The translations under genes and the position numbers were made by a program. The notes beneath the pieces were generated by a model. The model was given only the letters and a program-made list of their open reading frames with translations. It made no database searches and was not told the origin of the DNA. DNA of 32,537 bases from Ktedonobacteraceae bacterium (GTDB lineage: Bacteria > Chloroflexota > Ktedonobacteria > Ktedonobacterales > Ktedonobacteraceae). Location of the stretch: contig DASSXK010000571.1 of the NCBI GenBank assembly GCA_035703945.1, positions 1 through 32,537 on the forward strand. The letters are read 5' to 3'. Below are positions 1 through 9,244 of the stretch, piece after piece. Each line of letters opens with the position of its first letter. Position 1 is the stretch's first letter.

Positions 1-48
1 CTGATAGGTAGCTACGTCCGTAGCCATCAGAATAAGAGCTGCTTGCAT
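1..48 (-). CDS. possible 5' end of an unidentified gene running off the window (partial)
   Basis: A minus-strand ATG at 48..46, 18 nt after the yacL-like stop, opens a frame (MQAALILMATDVATYQ...) that stays open to the window edge. There is no clear SD and only 16 codons are visible. Confidence 0.2.
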   Translation of the reverse strand, partial: MQAALILMATDVATYQ

Positions 49-66
49 CTGATTGGCACAAATTCC

Positions 67-1233
67 TTAGATCTGACGTTGTTTGGTTGGTGTTTGGGGA
101 GCAATGACTCCATTGGGATTGAGAACCTGTTTGGGGTGGGCGAAGATCATGCGACCGGCAACCGTTTGCAAGACGCGTGTGACCGTCACCTCGACCGTTG
201 TGTTCATATACTGGCGTCCGCCCTCAACCACAATCATTGTCCCATCATCCAGATAGCCGACGCCCTGACCAAGCTCTTTGCCGTCCTGCATAATCTTAAT
301 ATGAATATCCTCACCGGGAAGCAGGACAGGTTTAACAGCATTTGCCAGTTCGTTGATATTCAGAACCTTGACGCCCTGGAGTTCGGCGACACGGTTCAAA
401 TTGAAATCATTGGTGATGATGGGGCAGTGCATGATACGTGCAAGTTTCACCAGCTTACTATCGACCTCGACGATCTCCTCGACATCGTTATCGACGATCT
501 CGACCGGAACGGTGGCATCTTTTTGCAGGCGGTTTAGCATATCCAGTCCGCGACGGCCGCGATTGCGGCGCATCGTATCGGCGGAATCGGCGATGCGTTG
601 CAGTTCGTTCAGCACAAAACGGGGGACGATCAAAGCACCTGAGACAAAGCCGGTCTGGCTGATGTCGGCGATACGTCCATCAATAATGGCGCTGGTATCG
701 AGCAGAATTTCCGTAACGGGTTGGATTGGAGAGGAAGACATTGTCTCATGCTCTGGCTCTTTCGTGCGATCCTTCTCCCGCTCCTCTTCGCGCTCCCGCT
801 CACGGTTGCGTCGGTTGATAAAGCTGCTTTGGAAAACATGGGCCAGATCGCTTTTACGTTGAACCGCGATTGCGACCCCCAGGTATCCAAAGAGCAGAGC
901 ACCGACGAAGGGTAAAATTTTTCCAAGATTGGCTGGTAGATTTGTCAAAGGGAAAGACAGTAAGGCTGAGATAACCAGTCCAACGGTTAATCCAATCGCA
1001 GCCGCCACGAGATCGCTGGCAGCCGCATTACGAATTTGGTCGCGCATCCAACGGTAGGGGGCAATCGTGATATATGGGAAGATAAGAAACGCCAGCAGCG
1101 CACTTACCCCAGCTATTGCAATAATCCACTCAATCGGAAGGTGAAACGGAAGTTGATTAAAAAAGAAAATTGCGGCGACCACCCCGATAGCCAACAAAGA
1201 CCCGATGATGCGGGTAATTGTGTTTATAGACAT
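67..1233 (-). CDS. yacL: PIN/TRAM domain membrane protein (YacL-like)
   Basis: The N-terminus has about 4 TM helices, followed by a charged linker (RRNREREREEEREKDR). The PIN motif LLDTSAIIDGRIADI...NELQRIADS...RGRRGLD and a C-terminal TRAM-like segment (GVGYLDDGTMIVVEGG...VTRVLQTVAGRMIFA) are present. The track start at 1248 is a TTG lying inside the SD itself (TTGGAGGAT). ATG 1233 has GGAGG 8 nt upstream, so I take 1233. Confidence 0.85.
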   Translation of the reverse strand: MSINTITRIIGSLLAIGVVAAIFFFNQLPFHLPIEWIIAIAGVSALLAFLIFPYITIAPYRWMRDQIRNAAASDLVAAAIGLTVGLVISALLSFPLTNLPANLGKILPFVGALLFGYLGVAIAVQRKSDLAHVFQSSFINRRNREREREEEREKDRTKEPEHETMSSSPIQPVTEILLDTSAIIDGRIADISQTGFVSGALIVPRFVLNELQRIADSADTMRRNRGRRGLDMLNRLQKDATVPVEIVDNDVEEIVEVDSKLVKLARIMHCPIITNDFNLNRVAELQGVKVLNINELANAVKPVLLPGEDIHIKIMQDGKELGQGVGYLDDGTMIVVEGGRQYMNTTVEVTVTRVLQTVAGRMIFAHPKQVLNPNGVIAPQTPTKQRQI

Positions 1234-1557
1234 CCCTGCATCCTCCAAAACGATGTGATATTTCCATATTTTGCGTAGTTTTTAAAAAAGGTAATAAACG
1301 TGCGTACAGGTGGCAGCGGGGTTGATGATAAAAACAAGAATGATAATAGCAAAAACATTGTTGCCGTACCTGTGATCATGAATGGATCTTTCGCTCGCTT
1401 ATCCCTAAATGTTCACTATATCAAATATGGAGTATACACTGTTGTAACTTAGGAATCAATAGTTGTGATAATGCTGTGCGCGTATTCTCTCTGTATGTAC
1501 ATTAGATGAAACTCTTCAATACGTCTGAGAAACGCGGAGAGCAAACATGATTATACT

Positions 1558-2961
1558 CTAGTGTAACCCAATTTCTAAGGCAACTGCAAGAGAACTGGCC
1601 GTAATGATTTTAAAGTCATTCGGTAGGCCGCTTTTCTCTAATTCTGCCCGTACCTGAGAACCTCGCCCCGCGCTTGGGACGATACAACGTTTGAAACCCA
1701 GCTTCGCAGCCTCGCGTACACGTTGGTTCAGTCGGTTAACCGCTCTGAGTTCGCCAGAGAGGCCAACTTCACCGATTAAAGCCATATCGCTGGGAATGCT
1801 TTTCTCGCGATAGCTGGAAGCGATTGCCGCTGCTACACCCAGATCGATGGCTGGCTCTTCGAGTGTAAAGCCACCTACGACATTGGCATAGACATCGTGA
1901 TTGTTGACGGCCAGTCCAACGCGTTTCGTCAAAACCGCCAGCAGCATAAGCAGGCGATTATGTTCAATTCCATTGGTCGTGCAGCGTGCATTGCCAAAAT
2001 TGCTGGGAGTTGCCAGGGCCTGAACCTCAACCAGCAGGGGGCGCGTGCCTTCCATGCTAACGACGACTGCCGTTCCGGTTGCGCCGATTGCGCGATCGGC
2101 CAGAAAGACGGCTGAAGGATTGGTCACTTCGACCAGACCCTCGCCCTGCATTTCAAAGACGCCGACCTCGTGTGTGGGTCCAAAGCGGTTTTTGACGCCT
2201 CGCAAGAGACGATAAGAGTGATAGCGTTCGCCCTCCAGATAGAGAACGGCGTCCGCGATATGTTCCAGGGCTTTGGGGCCCGCAACTGTGCCTTCTTTTG
2301 TGACATGGCCTATTATAAAAATCGGCGTATGTGTGCTTTTCGCTAGCTGCATAAACTGTAGCGTACATTCGCGAACCTGGCTGATGCTGCCAGGAGCGGC
2401 CGTTAAATGGCTGGAAAGGACCGTTTGAATCGAGTCCACAATCACCATTGACGGCTTCAAACGGTGGAGGGCCTCTGCGATGACATCCAGCTCAATCGCG
2501 GCCAGCAGATAGAGACGTTGACCACTGATGCCCAGTCGCTCCGCTCGCATCTTGACCTGCTCGATTGATTCCTCACCTGAGACATAGAGGACAGGTCCAA
2601 TCGTATCCGCGACGCAGCCAGAGACCTGGAGTAGCAGCGTCGATTTACCGATTCCCGGCTCTCCACCGATCAGGGTTAAGGAGCCGGCCACAAGTCCGCC
2701 GCCCAGCACGCGATCCATTTCGGGATAACCAACCGAGATGCGTTCCTGAGCCAGGGGTTTAATCTCTGGCAGAAGGATAGGTGTTTGCGTTCCCGGAGTT
2801 AGCAACGAGCTACCATAACGGCGTTGTTGGGCGGATGGTTGAGGGATATCTACCATCTCCTCTAACGTATTCCACGAACCACAATCGGGACATTTACCGA
2901 CCCACTTACTTTGCTCGCCGCCACATTGCTGGCAGACGTATTTTGTGCGTGTTTTTGGCAT
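1558..2961 (-). CDS. radA: DNA repair protein RadA/Sms
   Basis: Zinc finger CQQCGGEQSKWVGKCPDCGSWNT, Walker A GGEPGIGKST, the KNRFG motif (VKNRFGPTHE) and a Lon-like C-terminal domain. The canonical N-terminus MPKTRTKYVCQQCG places the start at ATG 2961. The extension to 3000 would run through a terminator-like hairpin. Confidence 0.93.
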   Translation of the reverse strand: MPKTRTKYVCQQCGGEQSKWVGKCPDCGSWNTLEEMVDIPQPSAQQRRYGSSLLTPGTQTPILLPEIKPLAQERISVGYPEMDRVLGGGLVAGSLTLIGGEPGIGKSTLLLQVSGCVADTIGPVLYVSGEESIEQVKMRAERLGISGQRLYLLAAIELDVIAEALHRLKPSMVIVDSIQTVLSSHLTAAPGSISQVRECTLQFMQLAKSTHTPIFIIGHVTKEGTVAGPKALEHIADAVLYLEGERYHSYRLLRGVKNRFGPTHEVGVFEMQGEGLVEVTNPSAVFLADRAIGATGTAVVVSMEGTRPLLVEVQALATPSNFGNARCTTNGIEHNRLLMLLAVLTKRVGLAVNNHDVYANVVGGFTLEEPAIDLGVAAAIASSYREKSIPSDMALIGEVGLSGELRAVNRLNQRVREAAKLGFKRCIVPSAGRGSQVRAELEKSGLPNDFKIITASSLAVALEIGLH

Positions 2962-2971
2962 GAAATAACCA

Positions 2972-3054
2972 TTTAGAAAATAAGAAAGGCGTGACCGCAT
3001 GGCTCTATTTCAGGAGAGAAATCTCGCAAGAAAAGAACCATGACAGGTCACGCC
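2972..3054 (-). terminator. terminator/attenuator-like hairpin between clpC and radA
   Basis: On the minus strand GGCGTGACC-tgt-CATGG (3054..3038) pairs with CCATG-c-GGTCACGCC (3002..2988), giving 9+5 bp. A TTTCTTATTTTCT run follows at 2987..2975. The loop of about 35 nt is large for an intrinsic terminator. Confidence 0.5.
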
Positions 3055-3067
3055 CTTCTAAGGAATA

Positions 3068-5599
3068 TTAGCTTTGGGCGGAATCTCCGCCTTCACCACC
3101 GGCCGACAATGCCGCTTCAGGAGAAGCAGCAGGGGCTGGCAACTGCTCGATGCGGTTGCGAACCTGCAAGACCAGCTCATCATCGATAACCGTGGCTTCG
3201 ACCAGATCACCGGGATGGAACTTACCCTGCAAGAGACCCTCAGCCAGGGGATCTTCAACCATGCGTTGAATGGTGCGGCGTAGTGGTCGTGCGCCGTACT
3301 GTGGATCAAAGCCCTTCTCGATCAGGTAATCCTTTGTTGCCTGGGGCGTTACCAGCTCTAACTGCTGCTCGGTCAATTGTGTGCGGACACGAGCGAGTAG
3401 CAGATCGACGATCGAGTACATCTCCTCCATGCGGAGGGAATGGAAGACGATAATCTCATCGATACGGTTCAGGAACTCGGGCTTGAAGGTATTCTTCAGC
3501 TCGCCCATCACCTTGGACTTCATGGCCTCATAATCGCTCTGATTCGCCTTCGATTTATCCTTCGACTGTTTGAAGCCGATGGACGCTTCCTTGTTCAGGA
3601 GAGCCGCGCCGACGTTTGAGGTCATGATCATAACGGTATTACGGAAATCGACGGTCCGGCCCTTGGCGTCGGTCAATTTACCATCTTCCAGAATCTGGAG
3701 GAGCATATTGAAGACATCGGGGTGGGCCTTCTCGATCTCGTCGAGCAAGATTACGCTATAAGATTTACGGCGAACCGCCTCTGTGAGCTGTCCACCCTCT
3801 TCATAACCGACATATCCTGGAGGGGCACCGACCAGGCGGGCGGCGGCATGGCGTTCCATGAACTCTGACATGTCAATTTTGATCAGGGCTTCCTCACTGC
3901 CGAACATGAATTCGGCAAGTGTGCGAGCCAGCTCGGTTTTACCAACGCCGGTTGGTCCCATAAAGATGAAGGAGCCGATAGGGCGCTTGGGATCTTTCAG
4001 GCCAGCGCGTGCGCGGCGGACGGCGCGGGCAATCTTTTCGATTGCTTCGTTCTGTCCGATGACGCGAGAGTGCAGAACTTCCTCCATTTGGAGAAGGCGC
4101 TGGGACTCTTCCTGGGCGATCCGCATAACCGGGATGCCGGTCCACATTGAGACGATCTGGGCAATTTCTTCTTCGCCAACGCTGGGCTTCTCATTGCCAC
4201 GCTCGCGATGCCAGCCAGACTCCAGCTTCGAGATGCGATCTCGCAGTTTCACTTCGCGATCGCGGAGTTCGGCTGCCAGCTCGTATTCCTGCTGCTGGAT
4301 CGCGGCCTCTTTTTCGCGCAGGACCGAATCGAGTGCCTTCATTGCCTCTTTGAGGTTCAGAGGAGCAAGCGAGTTCTGCATCCGGACGCGGCTAGAAGCC
4401 TCGTCGATCAGGTCGATGGCCTTGTCAGGCATAAAGCGGTCAGTGATATAGCGGCTGGCCATTTCAGTTGCGGCCCGGAGGGCCTCATCTGTGATAACCA
4501 GGCGGTGGTGGTTTTCGTAACGTTCGCGGATACCCTTCAGGATCTCGATAGTCTCTTCGACCGAGGGCTCTTTGACAATAACTTCCTGGAAGCGGCGTTG
4601 CAGGGCGGCATCGCGCTCGATGTACTTGCGGTACTCATCGAGGGTTGTGGCACCGATACATTGCAGCTCGCCACGAGCCAGGGCGGGCTTCAGGATATTC
4701 GCGGCATCGACCGCCCCTTCGGCGGCTCCGGCTCCAACCAGGGTATGGACCTCATCGATAAAGATGATGCAGTCGCGGCTGTTTCTGATCTCTTCGATGA
4801 TCTTTTTCAGGCGCTCTTCGAATTCACCACGGTATTTAGTGCCAGCCACAAGAGAACCGACGTCCAGGGTAAGCAAGCGTTTGCCAGCCAGGGTCTCTGG
4901 AACTTCGCCGGAAATCAAGCGTTGGGCGAGACCTTCAACGATCGCGGTCTTACCAACGCCCGGCTCACCAATCAGAGCGGGGTTATTCTTGTTACGGCGG
5001 GAGAGAATTTGAATCACCCGTTCGATCTCTTGATGTCGACCGACGACCGGATCGAGACTACCGGCGCGAGCGGCGGCAGTGAGATCGATGCCCATTTGAT
5101 CAATCGTAGGGGTTTTGGAATGTTTGGCGTCACGCTCGTGAGCGGAGCTGGACTGGCTGAGGACCTGGATGGTCTGAGTACGTACCTTTTCGAGGTTGAC
5201 GCCCAGGCTTTCAAGAACGCCAGCAGCGATTCCTTCACCTTCACGTACCAATCCCAACAGGAGATGTTCAGTACCGATATAGTGATGATTCAGACGACGA
5301 GCTTCATCAACAGCCAGCTCGATCACTTTTTTCGCACGTGGAGTCAGACCGATCTCGCCTAAGACGATACGATCGCCACGTCCGATAATAAACTCGACGG
5401 CACTTCGAACTTTGTTCAATTCGACGCCGAGATTGCTTAAAACTTTGGCAGCAACCCCTTCACCTTCACGTACGAGGCCGAGCAGGAGATGCTCTGTCCC
5501 GATGTAGTTGTGTTGGAAGCGTTGTGCCTCTTCCTGGGCGAGGCTCAGTACTTTTCTGGCTCGCTCTGTGAACTTATCAAATCTATCTCTATCGTTCAC
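3068..5599 (-). CDS. clpC: ATP-dependent Clp protease ATP-binding subunit ClpC
   Basis: Two Clp_N repeats, AAA1 Walker A GEPGVGKT, a UVR-like middle segment ([22 protein letters not shown]), AAA2 GPTGVGKT and the ClpB_D2-small region. The GTG start at 5599 has GGGGGGTGA 7 nt upstream. Confidence 0.95.
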   Translation of the reverse strand: MNDRDRFDKFTERARKVLSLAQEEAQRFQHNYIGTEHLLLGLVREGEGVAAKVLSNLGVELNKVRSAVEFIIGRGDRIVLGEIGLTPRAKKVIELAVDEARRLNHHYIGTEHLLLGLVREGEGIAAGVLESLGVNLEKVRTQTIQVLSQSSSAHERDAKHSKTPTIDQMGIDLTAAARAGSLDPVVGRHQEIERVIQILSRRNKNNPALIGEPGVGKTAIVEGLAQRLISGEVPETLAGKRLLTLDVGSLVAGTKYRGEFEERLKKIIEEIRNSRDCIIFIDEVHTLVGAGAAEGAVDAANILKPALARGELQCIGATTLDEYRKYIERDAALQRRFQEVIVKEPSVEETIEILKGIRERYENHHRLVITDEALRAATEMASRYITDRFMPDKAIDLIDEASSRVRMQNSLAPLNLKEAMKALDSVLREKEAAIQQQEYELAAELRDREVKLRDRISKLESGWHRERGNEKPSVGEEEIAQIVSMWTGIPVMRIAQEESQRLLQMEEVLHSRVIGQNEAIEKIARAVRRARAGLKDPKRPIGSFIFMGPTGVGKTELARTLAEFMFGSEEALIKIDMSEFMERHAAARLVGAPPGYVGYEEGGQLTEAVRRKSYSVILLDEIEKAHPDVFNMLLQILEDGKLTDAKGRTVDFRNTVMIMTSNVGAALLNKEASIGFKQSKDKSKANQSDYEAMKSKVMGELKNTFKPEFLNRIDEIIVFHSLRMEEMYSIVDLLLARVRTQLTEQQLELVTPQATKDYLIEKGFDPQYGARPLRRTIQRMVEDPLAEGLLQGKFHPGDLVEATVIDDELVLQVRNRIEQLPAPAASPEAALSAGGEGGDSAQS

Positions 5600-5673
5600 C
5601 TGTTGTCACCCCCCTTTCAGTGGCAGAGGGTGGAACCGAGCCCTCTGTGTCGCTCAGGTAAACAGCGTACTTC

Positions 5674-5702
5674 ATGATACAACACCCATCATACAGCGTC
5701 AA
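5674..5702 (-). promoter_or_regulatory. candidate sigma70-type promoter for clpC
   Basis: Minus strand: TTGACG (5702..5697), a 17-nt spacer, then TATCAT (5679..5674). This lies about 75 nt upstream of the clpC start. Motif match only. Confidence 0.4.
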
Positions 5703-5758
5703 GGATAAACATCCTGACATCCCGTCTGATTGATCTTTGTGCATAGATGTCCTTACCT

Positions 5759-5813
5759 GGAAACAATCGACCCCCTTCCTGCTTCTACACAAGGTAGTTA
5801 CAGGAAGGAGGTC
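5759..5813 (-). terminator. terminator-like hairpin after rpsA
   Basis: On the minus strand GACCTCCTTCCTG (5813..5801) pairs with CAGGAAGGGGGTC (5781..5769). That is 13 bp including one G-U, with a 19-nt loop. A moderately U-rich GATTGTTTCC follows. Confidence 0.45.
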
Positions 5814-5865
5814 GGACGTTTAGCTTGTTCAGGTGCTATTGAAATGCGTAAGCGAAAATCGCTTG

Positions 5866-7410
5866 TTACTCTTCAGAAGCCTCCGTCTCATCTTTGGAAC
5901 GCTGGCGAGCGGCTGCTCGGAAGGCTTCGGCCATTGCCGTTGTTTCGCCTTCGTCCATAGCGAGCTTGCCAGGGCCTTTATCATTGGGACGGTCGCGTCG
6001 TTCGGGCTTCTCGGTGCGGCGTGGCTCTGCCTCGGTAGAGGCAGGGCGTGCTGGAGCATCTTCCAATGACATAGTCATCTTATCACCTGCGGGAGTCTTT
6101 GCGCTAGTCTCGGTTGGGGCCAAGTCCATCGCTTCCTCCTGTGCAAGTGCCTGTGCTGCTGCTTCAGCGGCGACTTCGGGCGGATCAAGCTCGTCTGCTT
6201 GACGCAGACTGAGACCCAGTCGCCGACGCTCCGCGTCGATGCGCAAGATACGCAACTGAAGTTGCTGTCCCTCGTGCAGGTTTTCCTTCAAATCCATGTT
6301 TGGAGTCAACTCTGAGAGGTGAATCAGCCCTTCAATACCGTCTTCAATGCGTGCGAACGCTCCAAAAGGAGCAATCTTCGTCACAACGCCTGTGACGACC
6401 TGACCAGGTGTATAGCGTTGTTCGACGGTTGTCCAGGGATCAACTTCAGCGCGTTTGATCGAGAGTGCGATTTTCTTCTTATCTTTATCGACACTCAAGA
6501 CCTGCACCTCGACCTCCTGGCCGACGTGAAGGACTTCGCTGGGATGATTGACCCGGCTCCAGGCGAGCTGGCTGATATGGACCAGACCGTCTGCTCCGCC
6601 GAGATCGACGAAAGCGCCAAAGTTTGCCAGATTGCTGACGACACCCCGTCGGACTTCGCCGGCTTTGAGTTCGTCAAGAAGTTCTTCGCGGCGGCGCTGA
6701 CGCCACTCTTGAACGGCGAGGCGCTCAGAGAGGATCAAGCGATTGCGTGCGCGATTGATTTCAATAATTTTGAGCTGAAGTTCTTTATCCTTCATGCTCT
6801 GGAGTTTTGCAGCGGTCTCCTGATTATCGCCACCGGAAGCGACTTCTTCGCGCTTCAGATTGAGAATCTGGGAGATCGGAACAAACCCTCGAATTCCTGC
6901 GACATCGACAATTAAGCCACCTTTGTTAAAGTCGATGACCTTTGCCTTGAGGAGTTCGCCATTTTTGTATTGCTCTTCAGCAATACGCCACTGGCGCTCG
7001 GCATTTGCCCGCTTGAGAGAGAGGAGCGCGTGACCATCAGGAGTCTCAGGCTGAATAACGTAGACAAGAATCCTGTCATCGATACTCAGTTCGCTGAAAG
7101 AACCATAGCCACTGGCGGGAAGTTCTTTCGTCGAGAGGACGCCCTCAGATTTGAGGCCAATATCAACCAGGATTTCGTCCTGGTCGATTCGCACGATCGT
7201 GCCCTCGACCACATCGCCGCGCTTGATACTAATAGGATTGGCTGAGGCCGCCAGCAACGCTTCCATCTCATTGTAATCGCTAGCTTCTTCTGGATTGGTG
7301 TTGCTGTCAGACCCTTCCGGGTTAGTTTCATTGAACATTTTCTGTTCCTGCCCGCTCTCGTCATTTGCCGCTGGCACTGTCGAAAGGTCGCCGTGCTGTT
7401 GTGCTTGCAT
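5866..7410 (-). CDS. rpsA: 30S ribosomal protein S1
   Basis: Four S1/OB repeats (for example [62 protein letters not shown]). They are flanked by an acidic N-terminal extension of about 60 aa and a low-complexity C-terminal tail of about 110 aa. ATG 7410 has GAAGGGGG upstream. Confidence 0.9.
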   Translation of the reverse strand: MQAQQHGDLSTVPAANDESGQEQKMFNETNPEGSDSNTNPEEASDYNEMEALLAASANPISIKRGDVVEGTIVRIDQDEILVDIGLKSEGVLSTKELPASGYGSFSELSIDDRILVYVIQPETPDGHALLSLKRANAERQWRIAEEQYKNGELLKAKVIDFNKGGLIVDVAGIRGFVPISQILNLKREEVASGGDNQETAAKLQSMKDKELQLKIIEINRARNRLILSERLAVQEWRQRRREELLDELKAGEVRRGVVSNLANFGAFVDLGGADGLVHISQLAWSRVNHPSEVLHVGQEVEVQVLSVDKDKKKIALSIKRAEVDPWTTVEQRYTPGQVVTGVVTKIAPFGAFARIEDGIEGLIHLSELTPNMDLKENLHEGQQLQLRILRIDAERRRLGLSLRQADELDPPEVAAEAAAQALAQEEAMDLAPTETSAKTPAGDKMTMSLEDAPARPASTEAEPRRTEKPERRDRPNDKGPGKLAMDEGETTAMAEAFRAAARQRSKDETEASEE

Positions 7411-7462
7411 GGGTATAATACCCCCTTCGATCCACGGTTTTTGCCTTGACGCCTGGCGCTTC

Positions 7463-7491
7463 GCACACCACTCATCCGAGTGGACGTGTGC
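7463..7491 (-). promoter_or_regulatory. stable hairpin in the rpsA 5' leader
   Basis: Minus strand: GCACAC-GT-CCACTC GGAT GAGTGG-T-GTGTGC. That is about 12 bp with a 4-nt loop, roughly 55 nt upstream of the rpsA start. Confidence 0.35.
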
Positions 7492-7780
7492 TGAGAAGTG
7501 GATGATCCTCCTGCCGTGCCTTTTCTTTAAAAGAAAGTAACGATAGGGATATCAAACCAGAACCCAGGGGAAGACGCCGTTGGTCATAGGCTTATCGGAG
7601 GAGGTGCTCAGGCTTTGTTCGTTTCTCTTTTTGTGAAGTCTCATGTTTATGAGAGATTCTGTATCCAACTTTATTCGTTCTACAGATGATGTTACGAAAC
7701 GATGCTCGCAGACAGTTTATAGCCTTTGGTTACGAACGCAATAGAGCCCTGATGTAAGCATACCCCCACTCGATGCTTTA

Positions 7781-7809
7781 ATTATACCAAAAGCAGTCTC
7801 TGAATGCAA
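7781..7809 (-). promoter_or_regulatory. candidate sigma70-type promoter for rpsA (long leader)
   Basis: Minus strand: TTGCAT (7809..7804), a 17-nt spacer, then TATAAT (7786..7781). This implies a leader of about 360 nt. Motif match only. Confidence 0.4.
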
Positions 7810-7860
7810 GGCAAATATCGGCTTTTTCGCAGACTCCTCCGATGACTCTTCATGTGTCAT

Positions 7861-7917
7861 ATTGTATCACAGATCGACAGATATTACATCCCTTTTGGAG
7901 TTGTCTGTGATACAATA
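7861..7917. repeat. perfect 13-bp inverted repeat just upstream of the NUDIX start codon
   Basis: ATTGTATCACAGA (7861..7873) and TCTGTGATACAAT (7905..7917) are exact reverse complements separated by 31 nt. The right arm ends 6 nt before ATG 7924. Confidence 0.85.
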
Positions 7918-7923
7918 ACTGCT

Positions 7924-8568
7924 ATGAAGAATGATAGTATTATCGACACTATTGCGGATTTGCGCACTCGTTTGGAGCCGGTTGAGCGGATTTCGCACCT
8001 GATGAATGAGGCAGAAAAAGGTCTCTCTCGGCCACGCAAAGCAGCAGTCTTATTAGGTTTATTCGACCAGGATTCCAAATTGTATATAGCGTTTATTCGA
8101 CGTTCGGAAAAATTGCGTTCTCATAGTGGGGAAATTGCTTTTCCTGGTGGTTCACTTGATACTTCTGATACTTCGCTTGTTGAAACTGCCTTGCGGGAGG
8201 CAGAGGAAGAGATTGGTCTTGATCCCGTTCGGGTCGAGGTTTTGGGCGTATTAGAGCCGGTTTTTACGATGGTGAGTAATTTTATTGTGCTGCCAGTCGT
8301 GGCATTTTTGCCCGATGGATTGGGGGATCTTTCATTACAAAGCAGTGAAGTTGCGGAATTGATTCTGGCTTCGCTTCCAGGACTCGCGGACCCCAGTATT
8401 GCGCGTACCGAGAATTGGACGCGTCATGGCATAACTATGCCTGTCTTTTTTTATGAATATGGACCGTATACTATATGGGGGGCTACCGCAAGGATGCTGA
8501 AAACCTTGCTTTCCGTCTATCAACCACAGGTTGATGATGGGGCAGCCGCAGACTATAAAGCAGGCTAA
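7924..8568 (+). CDS. NUDIX hydrolase, CoA pyrophosphatase family
   Basis: The Nudix box is GGSLDTSDTSLVETALREAEEEIGL. It is preceded by the CoA-type motif IAFIRRSEKLRSHSGEIAFPGG. I prefer the start at ATG 7924 (MKNDSII). The track start at 7852 would place the 13-bp inverted repeat inside the coding sequence and has no SD. Confidence 0.85.
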   Translation: MKNDSIIDTIADLRTRLEPVERISHLMNEAEKGLSRPRKAAVLLGLFDQDSKLYIAFIRRSEKLRSHSGEIAFPGGSLDTSDTSLVETALREAEEEIGLDPVRVEVLGVLEPVFTMVSNFIVLPVVAFLPDGLGDLSLQSSEVAELILASLPGLADPSIARTENWTRHGITMPVFFYEYGPYTIWGATARMLKTLLSVYQPQVDDGAAADYKAG

Positions 8569-8620
8569 CAGGCCAAATACGGTATGCTTCAATATCGGGT
8601 AGCCCGAAGGGTCTACCAAA

Positions 8621-8653
8621 AGGAAATGATTTTTGCCCAATAGTCACATTTCC
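8621..8653 (+). terminator. weak AT-rich hairpin downstream of the NUDIX gene
   Basis: AGGAAATG (8621..8628) pairs with CATTTCCT (8646..8653). GATTGTTG follows, with no real T-run. Confidence 0.25.
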
Positions 8654-8773
8654 TTGATTGTTGTCACAGTACAGGTACAATACATAGTAGGTTACGTTAT
8701 TTATAGCGCGTAAAAGGTAGCTGTTCTTTTGTATAGTGGTTGGTCATACCAGATCCTCTAGCGGAGAAAAGCC

Positions 8774-9187
8774 GTGACGATGCCGACGCCTGATTCACAG
8801 TTTACAAGGGTCCAGTCTCAGCACCAATTCCACAACCCTACAACTCACTCGATACCCGACTCTTCTACTTTTTCTACTCCTCGGCCAAATACGCCTTTTA
8901 CCCCTGTGCCACAGACGGACTTTTTTGAGACTGTTGTCGATGATGACGCACGCGCCATTGATTTCGCGGAACACTCCTGGGATCTCGCCACGGATGGCTT
9001 GAAGACGCTGACGGCAAAGCGTGAGTTGCCGTTTCCACCTGATTGGCGGTCGAAGGATACTCTGTTGGAGAAAGCAGAGCCGACCCCTCCTCCTCGTAGT
9101 GATTTGTTTGCCTTAGTAATACTGGCATGTGTCGTGCTCATGCTCATAAGTGGAGGCATTGTGCTATTCATGATGATAGCACCTTGA
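8774..9187 (+). CDS. hypothetical tail-anchored membrane protein (Pro/Thr-rich N-terminus)
   Basis: GTG 8774 has GGAG 8 nt upstream, and ATG 8780 is an alternative. A single C-terminal TM helix is present (LFALVILACVVLMLISGGIVLFMMIAP). I recognise no family. Confidence 0.5.
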   Translation: MTMPTPDSQFTRVQSQHQFHNPTTHSIPDSSTFSTPRPNTPFTPVPQTDFFETVVDDDARAIDFAEHSWDLATDGLKTLTAKRELPFPPDWRSKDTLLEKAEPTPPPRSDLFALVILACVVLMLISGGIVLFMMIAP

Positions 9188-9244
9188 GAATGTAGCTCTT
9201 TCAGCCGCGCTCTGCCCTTCTTCATAGCCTGCTTGTGTATAAAA

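Noticed and set aside
4208-5362. Long antisense ORFs opposite well-supported genes: 384 aa opposite clpC. The same applies to 19733..20809 opposite tkt, 21889..22701 and 22999..23577 opposite mutS, 17720..18472 opposite tal, 6319..6915 opposite rpsA, and 43..537 and 353..862 opposite the yacL-like gene.
   Set aside because: Their translations are low-complexity, with no recognisable motifs. They lie fully inside genes whose products carry unambiguous family signatures. Such stop-free shadow frames are expected opposite codon-biased genes.
5600-5865. A CtsR operator (tandem GGTCAAA heptads) upstream of clpC.
   Set aside because: No GGTCAAA/TTTGACC repeat is present on either strand. Only a sigma70-like motif and a small hairpin (CAGAGGG/CCCTCTG, 5625..5650) are visible.
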